A stretch of DNA of 64,000 bases from NCBI GenBank assembly GCA_963765085.1, contig CAVXVL010000037.1, positions 29,852 to 93,851 on the forward strand. Direction: 5' to 3'. Made by a program: the position numbers and the translations under genes. The DNA comes from Terriglobia bacterium (lineage in GTDB: Bacteria > Acidobacteriota > Terriglobia > Bryobacterales > Bryobacteraceae). The notes under the pieces are model-generated. The model made no database searches and was not told where the DNA came from. It saw only the letters and a program-made list of their open reading frames with translations. Position 1 is the stretch's first letter, and each line of letters begins with the position of its first letter. Below are positions 1 to 8,775 of the stretch, one piece after another.

Positions 1-559
1 GGGCGGCGCGCGATATTTGCAGGATCACTTCGGCGCTCACGTGATTGCGTCGGCGCCGGATTGGGATCTCATGGAACACGACAAAGGCGCGTGGCCCAAG
101 CCCAAGCGCGACATGATCGCCATCGACGGCCAGAAACTGACGCTCGGCGACACGACACTTACTCTTTACATGACGCCGGGGCACACGCTCGGCACGATCT
201 CCACGTTGATTCCGGTGAAGGATCACGGAAAATCTCATATGGTCGCGGAATGGGGCGGGACCGCGTTTAACTGGCTGCGCTCCCCAGCCCTCTACGAAAC
301 GCCCGAAAGACCCGGTAGTTTTTGGTTCGAGGCCTACAGCAATTCAGCGCAACGTTTCCGCGACATCGCTGCCGCCGCCGGCGCCGATGTGTTGATTTCC
401 AACCACACCGTCTACGATGGATCGGCAGTGAAGCTGGCCGCCTTAGCGAAGCGGAAGCCGGGAGATCCAAATCCGTATGTGGTGGGCGCGGACAGCGTCA
501 GGCGATATTTGACGGTCGCTGATGAATGCGCCAAGGCCGGACTGTTACGAAATCAATAA
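1..559 (+). CDS. MBL-fold metallo-hydrolase, C-terminal fragment (5' end upstream of window)
   Basis: The frame of ORF 17..559 stays open back to the window edge. The YMTPGHTLGTIS and SNHTVYDG segments resemble the late His motifs of the metallo-beta-lactamase fold. Confidence 0.55.
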   Translation, partial: GGARYLQDHFGAHVIASAPDWDLMEHDKGAWPKPKRDMIAIDGQKLTLGDTTLTLYMTPGHTLGTISTLIPVKDHGKSHMVAEWGGTAFNWLRSPALYETPERPGSFWFEAYSNSAQRFRDIAAAAGADVLISNHTVYDGSAVKLAALAKRKPGDPNPYVVGADSVRRYLTVADECAKAGLLRNQ

Positions 560-637
560 AGTGTTGTGGATATAAAAAAGTTTGCTGAGTCTCACCGTCA
601 GGTTCGGAGAGACTCAGCAATTTACAGCAAGGGAGAG

Positions 638-1330
638 TTACTTGCGGCGAGTATCCGAGTCGCGATCCAGCGAATGGACAAACCGCTCGGCCGCCGGAGG
701 CGTGGCAACCTGACCCCTGAGGATCTCCTGATTGTTCGTATCGCGGCCGTAGAGTTCCTTGTCGGTCGGTGCGTCCGGACGAAGCGTCGCTCCATTCACC
801 GAAATGCCGGCAAACAATCCGCGCGACCGCGAATAGGCAAGGATTTCCGCTTGTAGCTTGGCGTCGGTTTCAGCGTTCGCCTCGCGGCCAACCGGTCCCG
901 CCGCGACGGACGCGTCTCCGCCGAGCGTGAACTTATCCGCCAACAAATGCCGCATGGCTCCGTCATTCATAACGAGCAACACGACGTCGGTTTCCGATGC
1001 GCCGATCTGGAAGCCGAAACTACCGCCTTCCATACGGACCGCGGCCGGCGCCGTCCACCCGGCTCCGCCTTTGCGGCATGACGCGAACCCGCGCCCATAC
1101 TCGGCGCCGACGATGAAGCCGGCCTTTTTCATGCCCGGAAAAACGACGACGCAGTGAGCTTTGTCGAGCAAGTCCTGAGGTATACCTTTGTCGCTGGCGT
1201 TCATGGAAGCTTTCAGGGCATCCGCCGCGGCGGTCAGTCTGTCGTCGACTTTCACTTCCCGGTCGGCGGCCCATGCGACACCGCTGGCGAGAGCGGCGGT
1301 CGCTAAAAACGCGAAAAACTTCTGACTCAT
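638..1330 (-). CDS. secreted SYLF/Ysc84 (DUF500) lipid-binding domain protein
   Basis: Internal ATG at 1330 with GGGAGG about 8 nt upstream. Signal peptide MSQKFFAFLATAALASGVAWA. Family-typical segments VVVFPGMKKAGFIVGAEYGRG and GGSFGFQIGA. The ORF-track start at 1447 gives an implausible N-extension. Confidence 0.7.
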   Translation of the reverse strand: MSQKFFAFLATAALASGVAWAADREVKVDDRLTAAADALKASMNASDKGIPQDLLDKAHCVVVFPGMKKAGFIVGAEYGRGFASCRKGGAGWTAPAAVRMEGGSFGFQIGASETDVVLLVMNDGAMRHLLADKFTLGGDASVAAGPVGREANAETDAKLQAEILAYSRSRGLFAGISVNGATLRPDAPTDKELYGRDTNNQEILRGQVATPPAAERFVHSLDRDSDTRRK

Positions 1331-1684
1331 GTAGATCCTCCCTAGGTATTTCACCATTCCGAACGTTATCGAGAGCACCGGGGTGGCCAATCCACCGTTT
1401 ACACGCAAAACCACCCACTTTCTTTCTACCCCATCGATCGGGCTCAATTCAAGAAGTTGCGTAATCTTTGAAATTCAATAGTTTCCAGCCGTCTTTCTCA
1501 CACCGCCCGGATCTTGGCGATGACGGAGCCGCTATTTGCGGAGATGGAAAGGCGACGGCGCTGAAAATGACGGAAAAAAATTCCGTGGGGTTGAAGCATT
1601 CACTGCGTAATCGCGCAAGCACGATGTACGATCGTCAGAGATCTCGCGCCGCGCGTCACGGCGAGAGCAACAAAGAAGGTACAG

Positions 1685-1891
1685 TTGAGGGGAGGTTCGC
1701 GCACATTGGCAAAACAAAAAGAAACGACAGAGAAAAAAGAGACCGCTTCGAAAGAAACTGCGGCCACGAGCGAATCGGCTCCGAAGGCAGCGACGAAGTC
1801 CGTGAAGGTGGGGAAACTGCTTCCCAAGAATAAGTCGCGTCTCCCACGCCGGGAGAAGAAAGCGCAGAAAAAGGCCGCAGGACGATTGTAA
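1685..1891 (+). CDS. small Lys/Ala-rich basic protein, unknown function
   Basis: Purine-rich, Lys-rich ORF in a GC-rich genome. GAGGGGAGG at 1687-1695 with an in-frame TTG at 1706 as a possible true start. No recognisable domain. Confidence 0.3.
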   Translation: MRGGSRTLAKQKETTEKKETASKETAATSESAPKAATKSVKVGKLLPKNKSRLPRREKKAQKKAAGRL

Positions 1892-1977
1892 TCTCCGGAC
1901 CCGAGTGCGCGCCCCATCGCATTCGGTTTTTTCAGCCGGAGAAGAACTCGCCACGTGAAATTTGTGCGCCGGAAGTT

Positions 1978-3327
1978 TTAATGCGAAGGCATTTCGCGAG
2001 CCTTCCGGCGTGCCTCGACCTCCTCGTCGGTGAGACGCGCGTCGTAGATCGAACGTGATTCGATCGTCCGAGCGACCAGCGTCGCGCTCGCGACGGCAAG
2101 GATCAAGGGCACGATAAACGAGCGATCCCGGCCCGTTAGTTCCATCATCAATACCACGGCTGAGATCGGACCCTGCGTCGTCGCGCCAATCACGGCGGCC
2201 GCACCGAGCACCGCGGAAAATCCAGGAGGCGCGCCGGGCCACAACCACATCCACGCCTGCCCCAACCACGCTCCGAGCAGTGCGCCGACGGTAAGCGATG
2301 GAGTGAACAAGCCGCCGGGCGCGCCGCTGCCGACGCACATCGCCGTCGCCAAGGGTTTGAGGAAAAGCAGCGCCACCAGCACTGCGGGGGCTACCTGATT
2401 CGTGAAGGCCAGTTGCGAAACATCCTTGCCGTTCCCGAGCAACTGGGGAAACCAAATCGACGCGACGCCGAGTAATCCCAAGGCCACCACCGGAGCCGTG
2501 AACCGGCGCCAACTTTTCGGCTTGTGGCGATCCGCCCACGTGATCGCGCGAACGTATCCGACCGAGACCACTCCCGCGATCGGTCCCAGAATCAGCGCCC
2601 AGGCCATGTTGGAAACGGAGTTCGAATACGACGGGATGAGATAGGTTGGAGCATCGGGAAGTGCGATCCACGAGACCGCTGTCGCGACCACCGAACAAAC
2701 CAATGCGGGCAGGATGAAGCGCAGCGCGAACATTCCGCGCATCACTTCCAGCGAGAAAAGCGTACCGCCCAAGGGCACTCCGTAAGCGGCAGCCATGCCT
2801 GCTCCCGCGCCGCAGGCCACCAGAAGCCGGCGTTGTTCGTCAGACAGCCGCGCCGCATCGGAAAACAAATTGGCGAAAACCGCGCCGGCTTGTTTGGGAG
2901 CACCCTCGCGCCCGAGCGAGGCACCCATGCCGACAATAATCACGGAGAGGACCGCGCTGGCGAGCGTTCGCCAGGCGGGCATGCGTCCGGCATGGAACCA
3001 GATGGCGGCCGTGGTGTCGATGCCGTTGCCGCTCGAAAGCTGCTTGAGAAGAAGCTGACCGAGTCCAGTCACCACACCGGCTCCGAGCAGCACCAGTAGA
3101 TGGCGTTCAACGCTCGTATTCCGGGCCGCTTCCAAAATATCCGTGCCCGACCCTTTCCAAACGGCGCGCTGCACCGCTTCCAGCAATCGCGTGAGTGCGG
3201 CCGCCGCCACACCGGTGCCGATGCCCGTGAGCAGCACCGCGAGCCAGAAATGGACCGCGCCGGGGCGAACCAGTGTCGCGGGAATCGCGGCAACGCTCGC
3301 GGACGGCGGCGTGGGAGTCGATTGCAT
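1978..3327 (-). CDS. ClC family voltage-gated chloride channel / H+-Cl- antiporter
   Basis: 449 aa polytopic protein with ClC selectivity-filter motifs GREGAPKQ, GVPLGGTLFSLEV and GSGAPGGLFTPSL. Confidence 0.85.
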   Translation of the reverse strand: MQSTPTPPSASVAAIPATLVRPGAVHFWLAVLLTGIGTGVAAAALTRLLEAVQRAVWKGSGTDILEAARNTSVERHLLVLLGAGVVTGLGQLLLKQLSSGNGIDTTAAIWFHAGRMPAWRTLASAVLSVIIVGMGASLGREGAPKQAGAVFANLFSDAARLSDEQRRLLVACGAGAGMAAAYGVPLGGTLFSLEVMRGMFALRFILPALVCSVVATAVSWIALPDAPTYLIPSYSNSVSNMAWALILGPIAGVVSVGYVRAITWADRHKPKSWRRFTAPVVALGLLGVASIWFPQLLGNGKDVSQLAFTNQVAPAVLVALLFLKPLATAMCVGSGAPGGLFTPSLTVGALLGAWLGQAWMWLWPGAPPGFSAVLGAAAVIGATTQGPISAVVLMMELTGRDRSFIVPLILAVASATLVARTIESRSIYDARLTDEEVEARRKAREMPSH

Positions 3328-3544
3328 ATTAGGCGACGAACTTCATGACAACATCATATAGTCGATCGCCGTGCCGAAGACGCGTTACGAAGTAACCAAG
3401 TAAATAACGCACAAAATCCTGGGCGTACAAGTAAATTTACTGGCTTCCGACGGCGATTTTTGTTCGTGAGTTCTGCGGCCAAGCGCTATCTCGCTGAAAC
3501 GCCAAGCACGGATGAGCTGGTCCATCACTTGCAACATTGGCAGC

Positions 3545-5288
3545 ATGAAACGCTTTCCGAAACAAGCGGCTCTCGTTCTCGCGGCGAGCCTCTCTTTACT
3601 CGCCCAGGAACCAAATCCCAATACCGCGGCCCCGCAGCCCGAGCCCGGAGGGCCGAACCCGATCTTCCGTGTTCAGGTCGTCGACCGATCGATTGCCGCC
3701 GTGAACTATCTGCATCGCGGAGGATCGACGAAAATCAATTTCGCGGCCACCACGCTGATGCCGGGTGGGGCCGGCATGGCGACCGTCGAGAGCGAGCGCG
3801 GTGTGATCCGTGTTTCGGCGGAGTTCAAGAACTTCGTTCAGCCGAGCAGTTTCGGTCCGGAATATCTTACGTACGTTCTGTGGGCGATCTCTCCCGACGG
3901 ACGGCCGGTGAACATCGGTGAGCTCACGCTCGACCACTATGGCCAGGGGTCCAGCAGCGAGATCAAAACCACCAGCGACCTGCAAACCTTCGGCATGATC
4001 GTCACCGCGGAACCGTATTACGCCGTGACGCAGCCGAGCGACGTGGTTGTCCTCGAAAACGTGGTTCGTCCCGATACACGCGGTGTCATCGAGACCGTGA
4101 ACGCCAAATATGAACTCCTCCCCCGCGGCCTGTACACTGGCGAAGGCAAAGCGAGTGGTTTCGTCGCGGTGCAAGTCGACAAGAAAAATCCGTTCGAATT
4201 GTACGAGGCGGAGAACGCCGTGATACTCGCGCGCCTGGCGGGCGCCGACAAATACGCGGCCGATAGTTATCGAAAAGCGATCGAGTCGCTCGACTGGGCG
4301 CGGCGGAATCAGGCGCAGAAGCCCGGTCAAAAGCCGGCCATCACCATGGCGCGTGAAGCTGTTCTTCGGGCCGAGGATGCCCGTGTGATCGCGATCCGCG
4401 CCGAGCGCGAAGAAGCGCTCGCGCAGGAACGGCAAGACGCCGCAAATCGGGAAGCCGCCGCGAAAGCGCAAGCGGATGACGAGGCGCAGCGGCGCGCCCG
4501 CGCCGATCAGGAACGTGCCGCGGCCGATGCACAAAGAGTTCAAGCGGAGGCGGATCGCGCCGTTTCGGAGCGTGCACGGGCGCTGGCTGAAGCGGCTGCC
4601 GAGGCCGATCGCCTAGCGGCGGAGCAGGCCAAGGCCGACGCGCTCGCGGCGACACAACAGGCGAATAACGATCGGCAGCAGGCTCAGATAGCCAAACTGG
4701 AAGCCGATCGCGCCCGGCAGGACGCTGTGGAGCAGCAGCAAAAACTGGATGCAGCCCGCGCAGCGGCGGGAAAAGGCCCAGCAGGACCAAGCCGAATTAC
4801 GGCGGCAACTCCTTGTCCAGTTCAATCAAATTTTGCAGACAAGGGAAACCGCACGTGGCCTCATCGTCAATATGTCCGACGTTCTGTTCGATACCGGTCA
4901 GTATTCCCTAAAGCCGGGCGCGCGCGAGAAACTCGCGAAAATATCCGGGATCATTCTGGCTCACCCCGGTCTGACGATTACGGTCGAAGGCCACACCGAT
5001 AGCGTCGGCCCGGACGATTACAATATGAAGCTTTCTCAGAATCGCGCCGATGCGGTGCGCGCGTACCTGGTAGGGCAAGGACTGAACGCGGGGACGGTCA
5101 CGGCGCAGGGCTTCGGCAAAACGCGTCCGGTGGCCGATAACCGGACGGCGGCGGGCCGTCAGCAGAACCGTCGCGTGGAGATGGTCGTCGCCGGCGATGT
5201 GCTCGGCGGACCGGTGAGTTCTCAGGATGGCGCGCCGAATCCGAACGGAACCGTCACCTTCCCCGCCGACGCCGCGAGTCCACGATAG
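3545..5288 (+). pseudogene. OmpA-family envelope protein with long Ala/Glu/Arg/Gln coiled-coil linker; one frameshift as assembled
   Basis: Signal peptide MKRFPKQAALVLAASLSLLAQE from ATG 3545. The C-terminal OmpA_C domain ([14 protein letters not shown]...[25 protein letters not shown]...NRRVEMV) is in another frame (ORF 4749..5288). The frames join at about 4764-4777 (gcggcgggaaaagg). Confidence 0.75.
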
Positions 5289-5384
5289 GTTCTTCGCACA
5301 CTTACGGCGCTGTGTTACGAATGGCTGTTAACACTCCGTTGCAAACGCCGTTTAACAGTGGAAAAGTAGGGTGAGGAGCAATCG

Positions 5385-5777
5385 ATGAAATTCGCGCTGC
5401 TTGCCTTGCTTGCCGGAGCCGTGACTATCGCGATCCCGGCTTACGCCCACCACTCTTTCGGCGCCTTTTATTCCGAAGACCAGTCGGTTACGGTTGACGG
5501 AACGATATCGGCCTTCTTGTACCGCAACCCCCACTCTTTCGTGGACGTGGAGACCGTTGACGGTCACGGCAACGTCACGATGTGGGCCGCGGAGTGGTTT
5601 GGATCGGGGCGGTTAAGCCGCATCGGAGTGAATCCGGATACATTCAAAGCAGGTGACCGCGTGATCATTACGGGCGCGCCGGGACGCGAGGCCGGCGAGC
5701 ATCGCATACACCTCAAAACCATTTCACGTCCATCGGATGGATTGAAGATCGATCGACTCCAGCGCGGTAGCCGCTAG
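5385..5777 (+). CDS. DUF6152-like small secreted protein (mature N-terminus His-His)
   Basis: Signal peptide ending AYA, then HHSFGAFYSE...NPHSFVDVE...GDRVIITG, the pattern I associate with DUF6152. RBS GAGGAG lies upstream. Confidence 0.7.
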   Translation: MKFALLALLAGAVTIAIPAYAHHSFGAFYSEDQSVTVDGTISAFLYRNPHSFVDVETVDGHGNVTMWAAEWFGSGRLSRIGVNPDTFKAGDRVIITGAPGREAGEHRIHLKTISRPSDGLKIDRLQRGSR

Positions 5778-5966
5778 CGCAAGCGAGAATCGCTCTGGCG
5801 GTCACCGCATGGTAAGTGACCGACAAGTGACCTCTCTGCGTCGCGGAGCCGTGGTCGAATTGTGATACCATCCGGTGGTTCCCATGTCTGCCGATCCTGA
5901 AACGGGCACGCGCGACGAACGCTTCCACATGCCCGCACTCGTGTTAATCCAAAAGAGACTCGCCGA

Positions 5967-6413
5967 ATGCTACTTGTCGAAAATCCTTTAAATTCATCTC
6001 CGCTGATTTTTCCGACGCTCGAATGCTTTCACATCGCGGGGTTCATTCTCGCCATCGGGAGCACCGCGCTGGTCGACTTTCGTCTGCTCGGTTGGGGGAT
6101 GCTGCACCAGACTCCATCCCAGATAGCGAAGGATGTCCAGCCGTGGACGCTGGGGGCGCTGTTGGTCGCCATCTTCTCCGGTCTGGGACTCTATTCATCC
6201 GACCCGGATATGTATTATCTGAATTGGTCGTTCATCATTAAAATGGTCTGCCTGGTGGCGGCCATCGGCTTCAGCCATACGATTCACCGCAAGGTGGTCC
6301 AGGGCGACGGCAAATCCGGCGCGGCAAAACTCGTGGCGATTGTTTCGCTGGCCTTGTGGGTATCGATCATTTTCGGCGGGATCTTCATCGCATTCATTAC
6401 GGAAGGACTATAG
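5967..6413 (+). CDS. 4-TM integral membrane protein, divergent paralogue 1 of 3 (DUF6644/CopD-like, tentative)
   Basis: Shares FH-x7-G-x6-DFRLLGWGM and a later TM His (SHTIHRKV) with the next two ORFs. Confidence 0.6.
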   Translation: MLLVENPLNSSPLIFPTLECFHIAGFILAIGSTALVDFRLLGWGMLHQTPSQIAKDVQPWTLGALLVAIFSGLGLYSSDPDMYYLNWSFIIKMVCLVAAIGFSHTIHRKVVQGDGKSGAAKLVAIVSLALWVSIIFGGIFIAFITEGL

Positions 6414-6431
6414 CTTCGAAAGCGTCCCATT

Positions 6432-6980
6432 ATGCTTGTATCCTTTATGCGGTGGATCGAAAATGTCAGTCCTTTTGCCGAGTTGCGCGGATCGTCCACC
6501 GCCTATCCGGTCATCCTCTCTCTGCATCTCGTGGCGATGGCGCTTTTCGGAGCCATGATCGTGATGACGGACTTGCGTCTGCTCGGGTTGGCCATGCGCC
6601 AGCGATCGATTTCGGACGTGGTCGATCAACTGCGCTGGCCCAAGCGCATCGGCTTCCTGCTGGCCGTCGCCTGCGGGCTGTCGCTGTTTTTCTCGAAAGC
6701 GGAAGAGTATTACTTCAACGCTTTCTTCCGAGTCAAGATTCTGCTGTTCGTCCTGGTTGCTGTCCACGCCCTCCTTTTTCGAGGGAGCGTGTATAACAAC
6801 GCCGCGCAACTCGACGCCGCGCCCGCAGTTCCGGCGCGAGCGAAACTCGCCGCGGGACTCTCGCTGACGTTGTGGGCCGGCATTATGATCTGCGGTCGCG
6901 GGATCGGCTATCTCCGCGCCATCAGCGATACCCACTACGCTAAGCTCTTCGAGTTTCTGCGCCATTTTCACGGAGTCTGA
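6432..6980 (+). CDS. 4-TM integral membrane protein, paralogue 2 of 3
   Basis: Very similar to 6984..7520 (LSLHL-A--LFG-MIV-TDLRLLG, VDQLRWPKRIGF, SKAEEYY-NAFFR, VHAL-FR, AKLAAGLSL-LW--IMI-GRGIGY). Confidence 0.65.
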   Translation: MLVSFMRWIENVSPFAELRGSSTAYPVILSLHLVAMALFGAMIVMTDLRLLGLAMRQRSISDVVDQLRWPKRIGFLLAVACGLSLFFSKAEEYYFNAFFRVKILLFVLVAVHALLFRGSVYNNAAQLDAAPAVPARAKLAAGLSLTLWAGIMICGRGIGYLRAISDTHYAKLFEFLRHFHGV

Positions 6981-6983
6981 TTC

Positions 6984-7520
6984 ATGCTTTTGTCAGCGGC
7001 CATTTGGCTGCAGGCGACCGACTTTTTCACTTACATACGGCTCGCGTCTTACGTATACGCTGCGGTTCTTTCGCTTCATCTGGCGGCCATTTCTCTGTTC
7101 GGAGGAATGATCGTCGTTACCGATCTGAGGCTGCTCGGATGGGTGATGCCGAGCCGCTCCATCGCCGATGTGGTGAATCAACTGCGTTGGCCGAAACGCA
7201 TCGGCTTTGTGCTCGCCCTCACGTGCGGATTTTTGCTTTTTGGATCGAAAGCGGAAGAGTATTACTACAATGCCTTCTTCCGCGCGAAAGTGACACTGCT
7301 GTTACTCGTGCTGGTGCATGCGCTCGTTTTTCGCCCGAGCGTCTACGATCGAGCGGCCGAACTGGATCGAGCGCCTGAACTGCCGCGACGCGCGAAGTTG
7401 GCTGCGGGTCTCTCGCTCGCGCTATGGACGTGCATTATGATCGCGGGCCGCGGAATCGGATACATCGAAGTTCCCTTCGGACTGCATGCGATGGTCGCGG
7501 CGCTCACGAACTTCGTGTAA
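6984..7520 (+). CDS. 4-TM integral membrane protein, paralogue 3 of 3
   Basis: Tandem duplicate of 6432..6980, separated from it by 3 nt. Confidence 0.65.
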   Translation: MLLSAAIWLQATDFFTYIRLASYVYAAVLSLHLAAISLFGGMIVVTDLRLLGWVMPSRSIADVVNQLRWPKRIGFVLALTCGFLLFGSKAEEYYYNAFFRAKVTLLLLVLVHALVFRPSVYDRAAELDRAPELPRRAKLAAGLSLALWTCIMIAGRGIGYIEVPFGLHAMVAALTNFV

Positions 7521-7528
7521 GCCGGCCG

Positions 7529-8656
7529 TTAATTTTTGGCGGCCGGATAAACCGGCAGCGTCACGTGATCGCCGAAAGCGGCCTTCAGTCCCTCGATGGC
7601 GCAGGCCTCATCCGCGTTCCCGCCCCCGACGCCGATCGCGCCGATCATCTGCCCGTCGACCACGATCGGAATTCCGCCCGAGTTCGAGAACAGATTGAAA
7701 TAGGTGGTCGATCGCGGAATGCCGCCGGGATTATTCTTGAGTTGCGCGTTAATGACCGAAGTAGGCTGACGCGTCTTCAGCGAGGTCTGTGCCTTCAGCA
7801 GCGCGGTGCGGATGTTGTTGGAGGTTTGGCCGTCCATGCGCTCCATGTGCACGAACTCGCCGGCGTTGTCCAGAATGTAGAGCGAGATCGCGCCGCCTTT
7901 CGAAGCGGCCCAATCGCGGCACGCTGTCGCGATATTCTTGGCCGCTGCAAGCGAGATCTGATTGCCGTCGAAAACATTCCCGGCGCCTTTTCCGCCCACG
8001 ACATATTGCGAATCGAGAGCAGTCTTCGGCGGGGTAGCCGTCGCGAAACGAGGAACCGGAGCGCTCGCCGCATTCGCCGGACGATTCGGCGGAAGGTCTT
8101 CGAGCAGCGGCGGAACCGACGCGCCGAGCACTTCGGTCATACCCTTGTGCCCGCAAATCTCGTCGCTCCAGGTGGGCGGATTCGGACGCGAACCGCCGAC
8201 GCCGACCACGCCGATCATTTGCTTATTGACCACGATGGGAAGTCCGCCGGAGTTCGGAAATTCGTTGAGCTGGATGAATTGCAGCTCGCGCGTAGGATCT
8301 TTAATCGCCGCGTTCATGACCGTTTTGCTGGGTGCGCGCAGCATCAGCGCCGTGCGCGCCTTCATATCGGCGGTGATGATGTTGAGATAGCCCTGGCCGT
8401 CCATGCGATCCATGTACACCTGATTGCCATCGTTATCCAGCACGATGATGCTGATCTGTACGCCTTCAGCCATCGCCGCCTTCTCGCACACTTCGGCGAT
8501 GCGCTGAGAGGTCGCGAGATTGATGGTCGTGAAATCCTGAATCTTTTCGGCCATTTTGCCGCTCACGACGAATTGCTCCGGCACAGCCTGAGCGACCGCC
8601 AGGCCGCTCAGCGCGAATGCGCCCACGACCGCCCAACCTACGTTGCGATGTTTCAT
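7529..8656 (-). CDS. secreted protein with two tandem GlcG/HbpS-like (DUF336) haem-binding domains
   Basis: ATG at 8656 with GGAGAA upstream; signal peptide MKHRNVGWAVVGAFALSGLAVAQA. Two repeats each end in the family signature (GGLPIVVNKQMIGVVGVGGS and GGIPIVVDGQMIGAIGVGGG). Confidence 0.8.
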   Translation of the reverse strand: MKHRNVGWAVVGAFALSGLAVAQAVPEQFVVSGKMAEKIQDFTTINLATSQRIAEVCEKAAMAEGVQISIIVLDNDGNQVYMDRMDGQGYLNIITADMKARTALMLRAPSKTVMNAAIKDPTRELQFIQLNEFPNSGGLPIVVNKQMIGVVGVGGSRPNPPTWSDEICGHKGMTEVLGASVPPLLEDLPPNRPANAASAPVPRFATATPPKTALDSQYVVGGKGAGNVFDGNQISLAAAKNIATACRDWAASKGGAISLYILDNAGEFVHMERMDGQTSNNIRTALLKAQTSLKTRQPTSVINAQLKNNPGGIPRSTTYFNLFSNSGGIPIVVDGQMIGAIGVGGGNADEACAIEGLKAAFGDHVTLPVYPAAKN

Positions 8657-8775
8657 TTCATGTTCTCCTGAGTCACGTCCGGCCCGGCTCGCAGGCCTCT
8701 CGATTCTTGCCCTTTGCGGAATGAGGATATCACAAGCGTCGATCGGGAAGCACTGCATCCCGCGAATTCGGACGC

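Noticed and set aside
1532-2698. 388-aa minus-strand ORF overlapping the ClC gene
   Set aside because: It is an alternative frame of the ClC coding strand, and its composition is Arg/Gly/Ser-rich. The ClC frame carries all the channel motifs.
3328-3544. Fluoride (crcB-type) riboswitch upstream of the ClC gene
   Set aside because: I could not find the conserved riboswitch core. The channel also has a canonical GREGAP chloride-type filter rather than ClC-F features.
7424-8671. 415-aa plus-strand ORF
   Set aside because: It is antisense to the tandem GlcG gene, which has a signal peptide, an RBS and two clear domain signatures. This ORF has Arg-rich shadow-frame composition.
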